Source: Vulcanimicrobiota bacterium
GTDB lineage: Bacteria > Vulcanimicrobiota > Vulcanimicrobiia > Vulcanimicrobiales > Vulcanimicrobiaceae
DNA length: 64,000 nt
Assembly: GCA_963834895.1 (NCBI GenBank)
Contig: CAWIDM010000003.1
Coordinates: 909,569-973,568 of the forward strand
Direction: 5' to 3'
Shown here in pieces: positions 21,601-31,306 of the stretch (the stretch's first letter is position 1; every line of letters starts with the position of its first letter). The position numbers and the translations under genes are program-made. The notes beneath the pieces were generated by a model. That model was given only the letters and a program-made list of their open reading frames with translations, did not search any database and was not told the origin of the DNA.

Positions 21601-22617
21601 ATGACAGCAAATCTCAACATCATCGGCCTCACACGCGAAGTCTACAAGGGGCTTCCGACGACGCTCTGCGCCGGTTGCGGCCATAACTCGATCACCAACC
21701 ATCTCATCAAGGCGCTTTACGATTATGGCGTCGAGCCGCACAAACTCGCGAAGATGAGCGGCATCGGATGCTCGTCGAAGACTCCGGCTTACTTCGTCGA
21801 GCAGGCCCATGGTTTCAACGGCCTGCACGGGCGCATGCCTTCGGCCGCGACCGGCGCGAAGCTCGCCAATCGCGAGCTGCTCGTGCTGGGGATCAGCGGC
21901 GACGGCGACACCGCGAGCATCGGCCTCGGACAGTACTGCCACATGATCCGCAGGAATCTCGATTGCACCTACATCATCGAGAACAACGGCTGCTACGGCC
22001 TCACGAAAGGGCAGTTCTCCGCGACGGCCGACGTCGGCTCGACCCAAAAGGGCGGTAAGGTCAACGAGTACGCGACGATCGACGTCTGCAGCCTCGCGAT
22101 CGAGCTCGGGGCAACGTTCGTCGCGCGCTCCTTCTCCGGCGACGGCAAGCAGCTCGTGCCGCTTCTGCAGGCCGGCTTTTCACATCGTGGCACGGCGATT
22201 CTCGATGTTATCAGCCCGTGCGTGACCTTCAACGACCACGAGGGATCGACGAAGAGCTACGCCTACGTCAAAGAGCACGACATCGTACTCCACACCGCCG
22301 ACTACATCGCGACGGGCCACGAGATCTCCGTCGACTACGAGCCCGGAACCGTTCGCGACGTCGAGCTCGAAGACGGCTCGCACGTGCTGCTGCGCAAGCT
22401 CGGCGAGGACTACGATCCGACCGACGCGCTGGCCGCGATCGAGACGATTCACGACTCGCGCGAGCGCGGCGAATTCGTTACGGGTCTGCTCTACGTCGAC
22501 ACGAAAGAGCAAGATCTTTGCGAGCGTGAGCGCCTTGCGCGCACGCCGCTCGCGCAACTGAACGAGGAGGCGCTGCGCATCGGCCGCGACGATTGGGAGC
22601 GAATGATGCAGCCGTGA
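21601..22617 (+). CDS. korB: 2-oxoacid:ferredoxin oxidoreductase, beta (TPP-binding) subunit
   Basis: CAGCGHNSI and the TPP motif GISGDGDTASIG..NNGCYGLTKGQ. ATG 21601 lies 4 nt after the korA stop. Confidence 0.85.
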   Translation: MTANLNIIGLTREVYKGLPTTLCAGCGHNSITNHLIKALYDYGVEPHKLAKMSGIGCSSKTPAYFVEQAHGFNGLHGRMPSAATGAKLANRELLVLGISGDGDTASIGLGQYCHMIRRNLDCTYIIENNGCYGLTKGQFSATADVGSTQKGGKVNEYATIDVCSLAIELGATFVARSFSGDGKQLVPLLQAGFSHRGTAILDVISPCVTFNDHEGSTKSYAYVKEHDIVLHTADYIATGHEISVDYEPGTVRDVELEDGSHVLLRKLGEDYDPTDALAAIETIHDSRERGEFVTGLLYVDTKEQDLCERERLARTPLAQLNEEALRIGRDDWERMMQP

Positions 22618-22628
22618 AAAGAGTCTCC

Positions 22629-23039
22629 ATGAAGCGTTCTCGCCTCGTGGCGCTGATCGCGTCGCTGGCGTTCCTTCAGACGATGCCGGCGCGCGCCGCC
22701 GTCCTGCACGGACACGTCTGGGAAGCGACCTACGTCGCGGCGTACCAGCCGACGTTCGGTCCTTCGAAAGTGCCCAATTCGGGCATCCTGAAACTGAAAT
22801 TCAACAACGGGATCATCAGCGGAACCTACGTCTCCACATCGATCCGCCCGGATCCGCTCTACGGCCGTACGATCCCGGTCAGCGGCAACGTTAGCGGCGG
22901 CCAGATCACTCTTAATTTCTCGACCTTCGGGGGCTTCACCGTACGTGGCACGATGGCCGGTGACGGCGAGATCTCCGGCACCGCAACGATCAAGGGCAGC
23001 TTCTACAGCTTCCTCGCCAAAGTCAAATCATCACCGTAA
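22629..23039 (+). CDS. Small secreted hypothetical protein
   Basis: Signal peptide MKRSRLVALIASLAFLQTMPARA, followed by a Gly/Ser/Thr-rich beta-type sequence. Confidence 0.5.
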   Translation: MKRSRLVALIASLAFLQTMPARAAVLHGHVWEATYVAAYQPTFGPSKVPNSGILKLKFNNGIISGTYVSTSIRPDPLYGRTIPVSGNVSGGQITLNFSTFGGFTVRGTMAGDGEISGTATIKGSFYSFLAKVKSSP

Positions 23040-23073
23040 CTGGACGTCCTTCGTCGGTCAGGATGACAAAGCG

Positions 23074-23814
23074 GTGACTTTTCCCGACGAATTCATCGTC
23101 GCGCTGAGCAGTGCCAAATCGGTTTTCGTGCTGACCGGCTCCGGAATCTCCGCGGAGAGCGGTCTGCCGACGTTTCGCGGCGTCGGGGGCCTGTGGCGCT
23201 CGCATCGTGTCGAAGAGCTCGCATCACCGGAAGGCTTCGCACGCGATTCCGTGCTCGTCTGGACCTGGTACAACGAGCGCAAAACGGCGCACCAGCTGGC
23301 GGAGCCCAATGCCGGTCACATCGCACTCGCGCAGCTCGAGCGGCTCTTCTCCGACTTTACGCTCGCGACCCAGAACGTCGATTCGCTCCATCTGCGCGCA
23401 GGGTCGCGCAACGTGCTCGAGCTGCACGGCAACCTGCGCGAGGCTCGCTGCACGCGATGCGACGCGCCACGTCGCCTTGACGCTTCGGGCCTGCCGCTCG
23501 AGGAGATCGAGCACGTCTGCGGCGGACGCTTTCGTCCCGACATCGTCTGGTTCGGCGAGCCGGTTCCTCCCGCCGTCTGGCAAGAGGCGCAAGTTGCGGC
23601 GGCGCGCGCCGACGTCATTCTCGTCGTCGGCACGAGCGCGGTCGTCTATCCGGCCGCGGCGCTGGCCACACGCTACAACGCTCGCGCCTGCGTCGCGGAG
23701 ATCAATCCCGAGACGACTGCAATCAGCGATGGCGTGGATTACGTCGCGCGCGGGACCGCGGCCGCCCTATTGCCGCAAATCCTCGACGACCTGCGGCGCA
23801 CGCGCAAGCGCTGA
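23074..23814 (+). CDS. cobB: NAD-dependent protein deacylase (Sir2/CobB family)
   Basis: LTGSGISAESGLPTFRG, QNVDSLH, the zinc-ribbon region CTRC...VCGGRFRPDIVWFGE, and GTSAVVYPAA. The GTG 23074 start is tentative. Confidence 0.8.
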   Translation: MTFPDEFIVALSSAKSVFVLTGSGISAESGLPTFRGVGGLWRSHRVEELASPEGFARDSVLVWTWYNERKTAHQLAEPNAGHIALAQLERLFSDFTLATQNVDSLHLRAGSRNVLELHGNLREARCTRCDAPRRLDASGLPLEEIEHVCGGRFRPDIVWFGEPVPPAVWQEAQVAAARADVILVVGTSAVVYPAAALATRYNARACVAEINPETTAISDGVDYVARGTAAALLPQILDDLRRTRKR

Positions 23815-25158
23815 CGAGTTGCGCCAGGCGAAGAGCCAATAGACCGGCAGGCCCGAGAGCAGAATGCCGATGCCGATCGCCGTTTCGCGCGGCGATTTTA
23901 CGACGGTGTCGCCGACGATGTACCACGCGGCGACGAGAAAGAGTAGGGTCGTCACGGGATGACCGGGCATGCGAAAGAACGGTTGAGGCGCCTGCGAGTC
24001 GCGCGAATCGCGAATCCGAAAGATGACGAGCGCGATCGCCGAAAGGCCGAAGAAAATGTAATCGTTGCAGGTGACGTAGGTCAAAATTTGATCGTAACTC
24101 CCGGAAAGCGCAATGGCGATGGCGATCGCGCCCTGCAGAACGATCGCGAGAACCGGGACGTGCGTGCGTGGATTCACCCAGGCCAGCTGCTTGAAGAACG
24201 TGCCGTCGGCTGCCATCTGAAAGTAGACCCGCGGGGACGTTAAGATCTGGTTGCTCAAGAAGCCGAGGGTCGAGAGCGCGATCACTGCGGCCATGATCTT
24301 CAATCCGCTCAATCCGAAGGCGAGCCGCGCGATCTCCGACGCGGGCGTGCTCGTCGCTGCCAACCCGGCGATGCCGAGCGCACGAAGGCACGCGGCGTTG
24401 ACCGCAAGATAGAGGACCACGACGGTAACGACTCCGACGATCAATCCGCGCGGCAGCGTCCTCTGCGGCTGTTTGAGCTCGGCCGTCATGAAGCTCGACG
24501 TTTGCCAGCCGCTGTAAGCGAAGAGCACCGGAACCATTGCGAGTCCGATTATCCCGAGGCCGCCGGTGGCGCGCGCCGCCGCGTGCGCCGGCTCAACGGC
24601 GTGGACGGCAAAAAGGCCGATCGCGGCAAAGGCCACGATGGCGAGAACCTTCAACACCATGAATGCGTTCTGCGTCGAAGTGCCCGTTCTCACCCCGAGC
24701 GCGTTGATCGCCGTAAAGGCGGCAATCGCAACGACGGCGACTCCAGCGGTCGACGCATGCCAGCCCGTAAGCGGCGAAAAATAGCTCGCAAACGTGACCG
24801 CCGCCGCCGCCATTCCTCCGCTCTGCGAGACGAGCAGGAGCGTCCAACCAAAGATAAACGCCAGCGCGGGGTGAAAAGCGTCGCGCAGATACGCATAGAG
24901 ACCGCCGTCTTGGGGCCGGCGAGCTGCAAGCTCTGCGAAGATCCCGGCTCCGAGCAGCGCAATCGCTCCGCCGGCCGCCCACACGAGCATCACGAGCAGC
25001 CCGCTCCCGACGAACCGCGCGACGACCGACGGATTCATGAAGATGCCCGAGCCGATGATGCCGCCCATCACGATGAGCGCGGCGTCGCGGGTTCCTAGGC
25101 GGCGCAGAAGCTTAGGCACCGAAGACCTTTCGCGCGAACTCTTCGACGATCGATGCAA
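23767..25158 (-). CDS. APC-superfamily amino acid permease
   Basis: 463 aa with about 12 TM segments. The N-terminal GIIGSGIF motif is typical of amino acid permeases. Confidence 0.8.
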   Translation of the reverse strand: MHRSSKSSRERSSVPKLLRRLGTRDAALIVMGGIIGSGIFMNPSVVARFVGSGLLVMLVWAAGGAIALLGAGIFAELAARRPQDGGLYAYLRDAFHPALAFIFGWTLLLVSQSGGMAAAAVTFASYFSPLTGWHASTAGVAVVAIAAFTAINALGVRTGTSTQNAFMVLKVLAIVAFAAIGLFAVHAVEPAHAAARATGGLGIIGLAMVPVLFAYSGWQTSSFMTAELKQPQRTLPRGLIVGVVTVVVLYLAVNAACLRALGIAGLAATSTPASEIARLAFGLSGLKIMAAVIALSTLGFLSNQILTSPRVYFQMAADGTFFKQLAWVNPRTHVPVLAIVLQGAIAIAIALSGSYDQILTYVTCNDYIFFGLSAIALVIFRIRDSRDSQAPQPFFRMPGHPVTTLLFLVAAWYIVGDTVVKSPRETAIGIGILLSGLPVYWLFAWRNSSALARAPQVVEDLRQ

Positions 25159-25193
25159 ATGATGACGGGGCTTGCGTTGCGAAGAGTGCGATC

Positions 25194-25742
25194 ATGCTTG
25201 CATTAGCGACGCTCGTCCTCACCGCTCTTTTCAACGCCGTGGCGCAACAGCCGCCGCCCGTAGGGCCGCCGCAGGGACCGCCACTCGGATATCCGGCACC
25301 TGCAGGCGCGACGCAGCCGCTCGAGAACGGCCCGTGCCTCGATTCATTGCGCGCCGTACCCAAGGTGGTCCAGCCACCGGTTTCGCGCGCGATGCAGATC
25401 GTGCGGATCGACGAAGTGCTGTCGACGGCGACGCTGACGCCGGGAGAGATCATCGGATTTCTCTACACAACCCAAGACGGCTCGACCTGGCTCGGCCAGC
25501 GAACCTCCGATTATCAATCGGCCGCCGACGCGACCGCCATCAACCAGGTACTTGCAGCGACGCACGTCCCAGGCTACAACGTCACCGGGTTTCCGCCGAC
25601 GAGCCGGTATGGGGTTCCGACGAAGCAACCGCAGCTTTTCCGAGTTCAGCTACCCTCGGGCGCTTTCGTCCCCTTGCGCATTGCCCTGGCCGCGTGCGTC
25701 GTGTGGCCGTCCGAGCGCCCGCTTCCCGACCCAACCATGTAG
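25194..25742 (+). CDS. Secreted Pro-rich hypothetical protein
   Basis: Signal peptide MLALATLVLTALFNAVAQ, followed by a PPPVGPPQGPPLGYPAP linker and a globular domain. Confidence 0.5.
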   Translation: MLALATLVLTALFNAVAQQPPPVGPPQGPPLGYPAPAGATQPLENGPCLDSLRAVPKVVQPPVSRAMQIVRIDEVLSTATLTPGEIIGFLYTTQDGSTWLGQRTSDYQSAADATAINQVLAATHVPGYNVTGFPPTSRYGVPTKQPQLFRVQLPSGAFVPLRIALAACVVWPSERPLPDPTM

Positions 25743-25743
25743 A

Positions 25744-25770
25744 TTAGCAGCCATCGCATCTGAGTGCCAA
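25744..25770 (+). promoter_or_regulatory. CIRCE-like inverted repeat upstream of hsp20-lon
   Basis: TTAGCAGCC-N9-GAGTGCCAA compared with TTAGCACTC-N9-GAGTGCTAA. The left arm matches 7/9, the right arm 8/9, and the spacer is exactly 9 nt. It lies 21 nt upstream of the hsp20 ATG. Confidence 0.6.
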
Positions 25771-25791
25771 ACTGACGGGTTGTAAAGGCTA

Positions 25792-26175
25792 ATGGAGTTC
25801 GTCCTGCGCACCGGCCTAGGGACCTTCCAACCCAATGCCGACGTTTTCGTCGACGAGGAAGCGCGGCGCGTCGTCGTCGTGCTCGAGGTCGCAGGCGCGG
25901 AGCCGGAGTCGCTGCGCGTCGCGTTCGACGATGGCTGCTTGGTCGCCGCGGGGCGCCGTCGCGAGTCACGGCTTCGACGCGGCTCCTTCATCCGAAAGGA
26001 GATCGTGCACGGCGAGTTCGTGAAGCGAATTCCTTTGCCCATCGCGATTGATTACGAGGCCGTTGCGGCAAGCTATGAGGACGGATTGCTCGTCGTCGTC
26101 GCGCCGATTGCGGCAACCGCCTACATCCCGACGTCGCGAACGCTCCACATCATGGTAAAAAGGACGCACTCCTAG
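25792..26175 (+). CDS. Hsp20/alpha-crystallin family small heat-shock protein
   Basis: 127 aa with an alpha-crystallin domain pattern: [27 protein letters not shown] ... [10 protein letters not shown] ... [11 protein letters not shown]. Confidence 0.8.
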   Translation: MEFVLRTGLGTFQPNADVFVDEEARRVVVVLEVAGAEPESLRVAFDDGCLVAAGRRRESRLRRGSFIRKEIVHGEFVKRIPLPIAIDYEAVAASYEDGLLVVVAPIAATAYIPTSRTLHIMVKRTHS

Positions 26176-26180
26176 ACAAA

Positions 26181-28628
26181 ATGCCCCAGAAAGCCGCCGA
26201 CAATATCGTGCCCGCCAGCCTGATCGGCATCTTGCCGCTGCAGGAAGCGGTGCTCTTTCCGCACACCGTCATTCCGCTCGCCGTCGTTAAGAAGCCCGGG
26301 ATTCAGCTCGTCGAAGAGGCGCTGCGCGAAGGGAAGCCGATCGGTCTCGTCGTGTTGCGTGATCGCGAGATCGAGGACCCTGGTCCGGACGACGTGCAAC
26401 GCGTCGGGACGATCGGCGTGATCCAGAAGATGCTGAAGGTGCCGGATGGAACGCTGCGCTGCATCGTCGCGGGACAACAGGTCTTCAAGATCGAGCAATT
26501 CACTCAAGTTTCGCCCTATATGGTCGCGGCCTACACCGAGCTTCCCGATACGACCGTCGAGAACGAGGAGCTCGTCGCGATGCAGCGCAACCTCGCGGCC
26601 CTCTTCCAGAAGCTGCTCTCCTATTTGCCGCAGGCGCCCCGCGAGATGGAGATGGAGGTTGCGAACATCACCGATCCGGTGGTGCTGACCTACTTCGTCG
26701 CTTCGACGATGCGATTGGAGACCGCGGATCGCCAGGCGCTGCTCGAGGAGCGCGACACCGCCAAGCGGATGCGGAAGCTGACGCTGCTTCTCACCAAGGA
26801 GCTCGAAGTCGTCGAGCTCGGTCACAAGATCCAAAGCGACATCCAACGCGAGATGGAGAAGAACCAGCGCGAATTCTATCTCCGTCAGCAGCTGCGCGCG
26901 ATTCAGGAGGAGCTCGGCGAGATCGATCCTCAGCAGGCCGAGACGAACGAGCTACGTGCGAAGATCGACGCGGCCGCAATGCCGGAAGAGGTCAAGAAGG
27001 CTGCGGATCGCGAGCTCGAGCGGCTCTCGCGCGTCCCGCAGGCGAGTCCCGAGTACGGCGTCATTCGAACCTATCTTGATTGGATCGTCACCCTGCCGTG
27101 GAACGCCGAGACGGCGGACCTCATCGATATCAAGGCGGCGCGCACGATCCTCGACGAGGACCATTACGACCTCGAGAAGATCAAAGACCGCATCATCGAG
27201 TATCTCGCGGTCGGAAAGCTCAAGAAGAGACTGACCGGCCCGATTCTTTGCTTCGTCGGTCCACCCGGGGTGGGCAAGACCTCCCTCGGACAATCGATCG
27301 CGCGCGCGATGGGCCGCAAGTTCGTGCGTCTATCGGTGGGCGGCGTCCACGACGAGGCCGAGATCCGCGGTCATCGCCGTACCTACATCGGCGCGATGCC
27401 CGGCACGATCGTGCGAGCGATTCGCGATGCCGGAACGCGCAATCCCGTCATGATGATCGACGAGATCGACAAGGTCGGCTCCGATTTCCGCGGTGACCCG
27501 CAATCGGCGCTGCTCGAAGTGCTCGACCCCGAACAGAACGTGCATTTTCGCGATCACTACCTCGATCTGCCGTTCGACCTTTCGCAAGTGCTCTTCATCT
27601 GCACCGCCAACGCGCTCGACACGATCTCGCCGCCGCTGCGCGATCGCATGGAGATTATACCGCTCGCGGGCTACACGGAGCTGGAGAAGCTGCAGATCGC
27701 CAAGCGCTATCTCTTGAAGAAACAGCGCGAGAACAACGGCCTGCGCGAGTCGCAGGCGCAGATCAGCGATCAGGCGATTCGGGCGATCATCAACGATTAC
27801 ACGCGCGAGGCGGGCGTCCGCAACTTGGAACGTGAGATCGGCACGGTCTTCCGCAAGATTGCTCGCAAGATCGCGGAGAACTCGCGCTTCAAGGCGCGCG
27901 TAAAGCCGGAGAACCTCGCCGAGTATCTCAGCAAGCCACGCTTTTTCAACGAAGTGCGCAAGCGCGTCGCCTCAGTGGGAGTCGCGACTGGCATGGCGTT
28001 TACGCCGGTCGGTGGCGACATTCTTTTTATCGAGACGCAGGGCATGCCGGGAACGGGGAAGCTCGTGCTAACGGGTCAGCTCGGCGACGTCATGAAAGAG
28101 AGCGCACAAGCCGCCGTCTCGTTCCTGCGCTCGCGGTCGAGCGAGCTCGGCTTGACGGAGGATTACTTCTCGAAGCACGACATCCACATTCACGTCCCCG
28201 CCGGCGCGACGCCGAAGGACGGCCCTTCGGCCGGCATCGCGCTCGCGACCTCGATCGCTTCGATGCTCACGGGAATCAAAGTCGATCCGAACCTGGCGAT
28301 GACCGGCGAGATCACGCTCACCGGCCAGGTTTTGCCGATCGGCGGTCTCAAGGAGAAAGTGCTCGGCGCAAAGCGCGCCGGCATCTCGAAGATCCTGCTG
28401 CCGCGCCGCAACGAGATGGACCTCGACGACATTCCCAAAGAAGTCCGCGAGAGCATGACCTTCGTTCCCGTCGACGAGCTCTCCGAGGTGCTCCATCATG
28501 CGCTCGGCAAGCGGATAATCTCTCCGGTACCGCTCGGGGATCATGCGAAGTCCAGCAACGTCGTCCCGATGCGCCGCAACGGCGTCGTCAAGCGCTCTCC
28601 CGTGCGCAAGACCCGTATCAAGCGCTGA
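26181..28628 (+). CDS. lon: ATP-dependent Lon protease
   Basis: 815 aa with a LON N-domain, Walker [10 protein letters not shown] and the catalytic serine motif PKDGPSAG. It starts 5 nt after the hsp20 stop. Confidence 0.95.
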   Translation: MPQKAADNIVPASLIGILPLQEAVLFPHTVIPLAVVKKPGIQLVEEALREGKPIGLVVLRDREIEDPGPDDVQRVGTIGVIQKMLKVPDGTLRCIVAGQQVFKIEQFTQVSPYMVAAYTELPDTTVENEELVAMQRNLAALFQKLLSYLPQAPREMEMEVANITDPVVLTYFVASTMRLETADRQALLEERDTAKRMRKLTLLLTKELEVVELGHKIQSDIQREMEKNQREFYLRQQLRAIQEELGEIDPQQAETNELRAKIDAAAMPEEVKKAADRELERLSRVPQASPEYGVIRTYLDWIVTLPWNAETADLIDIKAARTILDEDHYDLEKIKDRIIEYLAVGKLKKRLTGPILCFVGPPGVGKTSLGQSIARAMGRKFVRLSVGGVHDEAEIRGHRRTYIGAMPGTIVRAIRDAGTRNPVMMIDEIDKVGSDFRGDPQSALLEVLDPEQNVHFRDHYLDLPFDLSQVLFICTANALDTISPPLRDRMEIIPLAGYTELEKLQIAKRYLLKKQRENNGLRESQAQISDQAIRAIINDYTREAGVRNLEREIGTVFRKIARKIAENSRFKARVKPENLAEYLSKPRFFNEVRKRVASVGVATGMAFTPVGGDILFIETQGMPGTGKLVLTGQLGDVMKESAQAAVSFLRSRSSELGLTEDYFSKHDIHIHVPAGATPKDGPSAGIALATSIASMLTGIKVDPNLAMTGEITLTGQVLPIGGLKEKVLGAKRAGISKILLPRRNEMDLDDIPKEVRESMTFVPVDELSEVLHHALGKRIISPVPLGDHAKSSNVVPMRRNGVVKRSPVRKTRIKR

Positions 28629-28630
28629 AA

Positions 28631-29665
28631 TCAGCGTACCGCGATGCCGGCGCCTTCGTAAACTCTGCCGATGACGGCGGCGAGGGTGCCCGATGCTTTG
28701 AGTTCGCGCGAAAGCCCTTGCGTCGCATCTGGTGCGATGGCGATCAATAGCCCGCCGGAAGTCTGAGCGTCGGAGAGACCGATGCGCACGCTCTCCGGAA
28801 CGGAGCTCGCGAAATCGGTGAACGCCGCGTGCGTCTCCGCATTGTGACGCGTGCCGCCCGGCACGACGCCCGCTTCGATCAGCTCGAGCACGCGATCCAT
28901 AAACGGCACGGCTTTCGCATCGATGACGAAGCGGACGCCCGAAGCGCGCGCCATTCCCCCTCCGTGGCCGAGAAGCCCGAAGCCGGTGATGTCGGTTGCC
29001 GCGTGCGCGCCGGCCGCAAGCATCGCGCGCGCGGCGCCGTCGTTGAGCGTCGTCATCGCGCGAACCGCCTCGCCGAGATCCTCAGGCAGAATTGCGCCGC
29101 GCTTGAGCGCCGTCGTGAGGATGCCGGTGCCGAGCGGCTTGGTCAACACGAGCACGTCGCCGGGACGCGCCGCCGCGTTCGTCACGATGCGCTTCGGATC
29201 GACCACGCCGGTTACCGCCATGCCATACTTCGGCTCGGCGTCCTTGATCGTGTGCCCCCCGACGACCGCGACGCCGGCGGCGCGCGCGACGCTCGCGCCC
29301 CCTTCGAGAATGCGCGCTAAGATGCCGAGGTCGAGGTCCTCCGGAAAGGCGACGATATTCAGCGCGCTGATAGGTCGTCCACCCATTGCGTAGACGTCTG
29401 AGAGCGCGTTCGTTGCCGCGATGCGGCCGAAGTCGTACGGATCGTCGACGATCGGCGTAAAGAAATCGACCGTCGAGACCAGCGCCAGATCGTCGCGTAG
29501 GAGATAGACACCCGCGTCGTCGCTGCTCCCGTAACCGACGAGCACGCGGTCGTCGGTTGCGGGCGAGACGCGCTCCATCACGCTCTGCAGCTCGGCCGCG
29601 CCGAGCTTCGCCGCACAGCCCGCGCAACTCGCAAGCTCGGTCAAGCGGATGCCTGCAACGTCCAT
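28631..29665 (-). CDS. selD: Selenide, water dikinase (Cys-type SelD)
   Basis: N-terminal IRLTELASCAGCAAKLG (Cys/Lys motif) and a PurM-like fold (DFFTPIVDDP, GGHT). Confidence 0.85.
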   Translation of the reverse strand: MDVAGIRLTELASCAGCAAKLGAAELQSVMERVSPATDDRVLVGYGSSDDAGVYLLRDDLALVSTVDFFTPIVDDPYDFGRIAATNALSDVYAMGGRPISALNIVAFPEDLDLGILARILEGGASVARAAGVAVVGGHTIKDAEPKYGMAVTGVVDPKRIVTNAAARPGDVLVLTKPLGTGILTTALKRGAILPEDLGEAVRAMTTLNDGAARAMLAAGAHAATDITGFGLLGHGGGMARASGVRFVIDAKAVPFMDRVLELIEAGVVPGGTRHNAETHAAFTDFASSVPESVRIGLSDAQTSGGLLIAIAPDATQGLSRELKASGTLAAVIGRVYEGAGIAVR

Positions 29666-29682
29666 CGAAGATCGCTATCTTG

Positions 29683-30783
29683 ATGTCGAGGGAGCTTCTA
29701 TTCCTGCCCGGGCCGGTGACCGTTGCGCAGCCGGTCCTCGAAGCGGCGGCACGCCCGCTGATCAACCATCGCGGCGAAGCGTTTGCACAACTGCTCGACC
29801 GCATCACGGGAGCGTTGCCTCCCGCGTTCGGCACGCATCAGGAAGTGCTGCTGCTCGGCAGTTCGGGTACGGGTGCGCTCGAAACGGTCGTCGCGAATCT
29901 CTTCTCGCGCGGCGACCGATTGCTCTCGTGCCCGGTCGGGGCCTTCGGCCGGCGCTTCGCCGCCATCGCGCAAGCGTACGGCTGCGTCGTCGAATCGCTC
30001 GACACTCCGCTCGGTGCGGCGCTCGATCCAGATGCGCTCGAGGCGCGTTTGGAGGCCGACGCGGAACATCAATTCGCCGGCGTGCTGCTGACGCACAACG
30101 AAACCTCGACCGGCGTCGCATGCGACATGGCGGCGTTGGCGCCGATCTTACGCTCGCACGGCGCCTTCACGCTCGTCGATTCGGTGAGCGGTCTGGGCGC
30201 GTGCGAGTTTCGCATGGACGAGTGGGGTTACGATGCAGTCGTCACCGCGTCGCAAAAAGGTTTTGCGGCGCCGCCCGGCGTTGCAATGGTGAGCTTGAGC
30301 GAGCGCGCCTGGGGGCGCGTGGCGAGCGCGCGATCCCCGCGCTACTACTTCGATCTGGTACGCGCGAGGGAGTTCGCGCGCTCAGGCGAGACCCCGTGGA
30401 CGCCTCCGATCTCGATTCTCTTTGCGCTTGACGTCGCGCTGCAGCGCTATCACGCCGAGGGCATGGAGGCGGTTTACGCGCGCCACGCGCGCTTTGCCGA
30501 ACTCGTTCGCACGGCCCTGACGCAATTCGGGTTTACGCTCGTCTCGCGGCCGGGCGCGCATTCGCCGACGGTCGTCGCCGCCTATCCGCCCCCGGGCGTC
30601 GATCCCAAGAGCCTGCTGCGTGCCTTGCGCGTGAATCACGGCCTCGTGCTCGCCGGCGGGCAAGAGGAGCTTGCCGGAAAGATCGTCCGGTTCGGGACGA
30701 TGGGCGACGTGACCGACGCCGACGTTCGCGGCGCGCTCGCGGCGATCGAGGGCGAGCTGCGCGTTATAAGTGGTGTCGCCTGA
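29683..30783 (+). CDS. Class V aminotransferase (AGXT / serine-pyruvate type)
   Basis: LFLPGPVTV at the N-terminus and the PLP-lysine motif SQKGFAAPPG. ATG 29683 lies 17 nt from the divergent selD start. Confidence 0.8.
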   Translation: MSRELLFLPGPVTVAQPVLEAAARPLINHRGEAFAQLLDRITGALPPAFGTHQEVLLLGSSGTGALETVVANLFSRGDRLLSCPVGAFGRRFAAIAQAYGCVVESLDTPLGAALDPDALEARLEADAEHQFAGVLLTHNETSTGVACDMAALAPILRSHGAFTLVDSVSGLGACEFRMDEWGYDAVVTASQKGFAAPPGVAMVSLSERAWGRVASARSPRYYFDLVRAREFARSGETPWTPPISILFALDVALQRYHAEGMEAVYARHARFAELVRTALTQFGFTLVSRPGAHSPTVVAAYPPPGVDPKSLLRALRVNHGLVLAGGQEELAGKIVRFGTMGDVTDADVRGALAAIEGELRVISGVA

Positions 30784-31306
30784 AGTACGGCAGCACGAAG
30801 GGGCGCGCGAACCACGGAATCGTCGAGAGTAACGCGTCGTCGATCGGTGCGTCGTAAGCGACGAGGTAGGGCGCTAGGCGCGATTGATGCAGACTCTGGC
30901 GGATGTCGGGTGAGAGCGGAAAGAAGAGCGCGATAAAGAGCATGAGCCATAGCAGAATAGCGCCCTTGGCAAACCCTATGACGGCGCCGCCGAGCGCGTT
31001 GCCGATGCCAAGCAGCGGAAGCTTGGCGATCCTGCCGAGCAGACGCGCCACGATCAAGATCGCGATATAGGTGGCCAAACCGGTCGCGAACATACCGACG
31101 ACGTGCGCCGATCCGGGGCCAAGATTGAGCAGCCGCTCGATCTGCGGGTCGAAGCTTCCGTTGTAGAACCACGGCGTCACCAGCGCCGCCGTCACCGCAA
31201 CGGCGCCCCCGAGCTCCGAAACGAAGCCGCGCGCGTAGCCTTTGAGCGTAGCGATGGCCAGCACGATGACGATGACGCAGTCCGGCCACGCGATCCCCGC
31301 GATCAC
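30764..31306 (-). CDS. cvpA: CvpA-family membrane protein
   Basis: 180 aa with 4 TM segments. The N-terminus DCVIVIVLAIATLKGYARGFVSE is typical of CvpA. Its GTG start overlaps the pheT stop (GTGA). Confidence 0.75.
   Translation of the reverse strand: MIAGIAWPDCVIVIVLAIATLKGYARGFVSELGGAVAVTAALVTPWFYNGSFDPQIERLLNLGPGSAHVVGMFATGLATYIAILIVARLLGRIAKLPLLGIGNALGGAVIGFAKGAILLWLMLFIALFFPLSPDIRQSLHQSRLAPYLVAYDAPIDDALLSTIPWFARPFVLPYFRRHHL

Noticed and set aside
23074-23814. The Sir2-domain gene as a possible anti-phage (Thoeris/DSR-like) component.
   Set aside because: It is a short canonical CobB-type deacylase with the standard NAD and zinc-ribbon motifs. It has no fused effector or sensor domain, and no partner gene such as a TIR, HerA or Argonaute protein is nearby.
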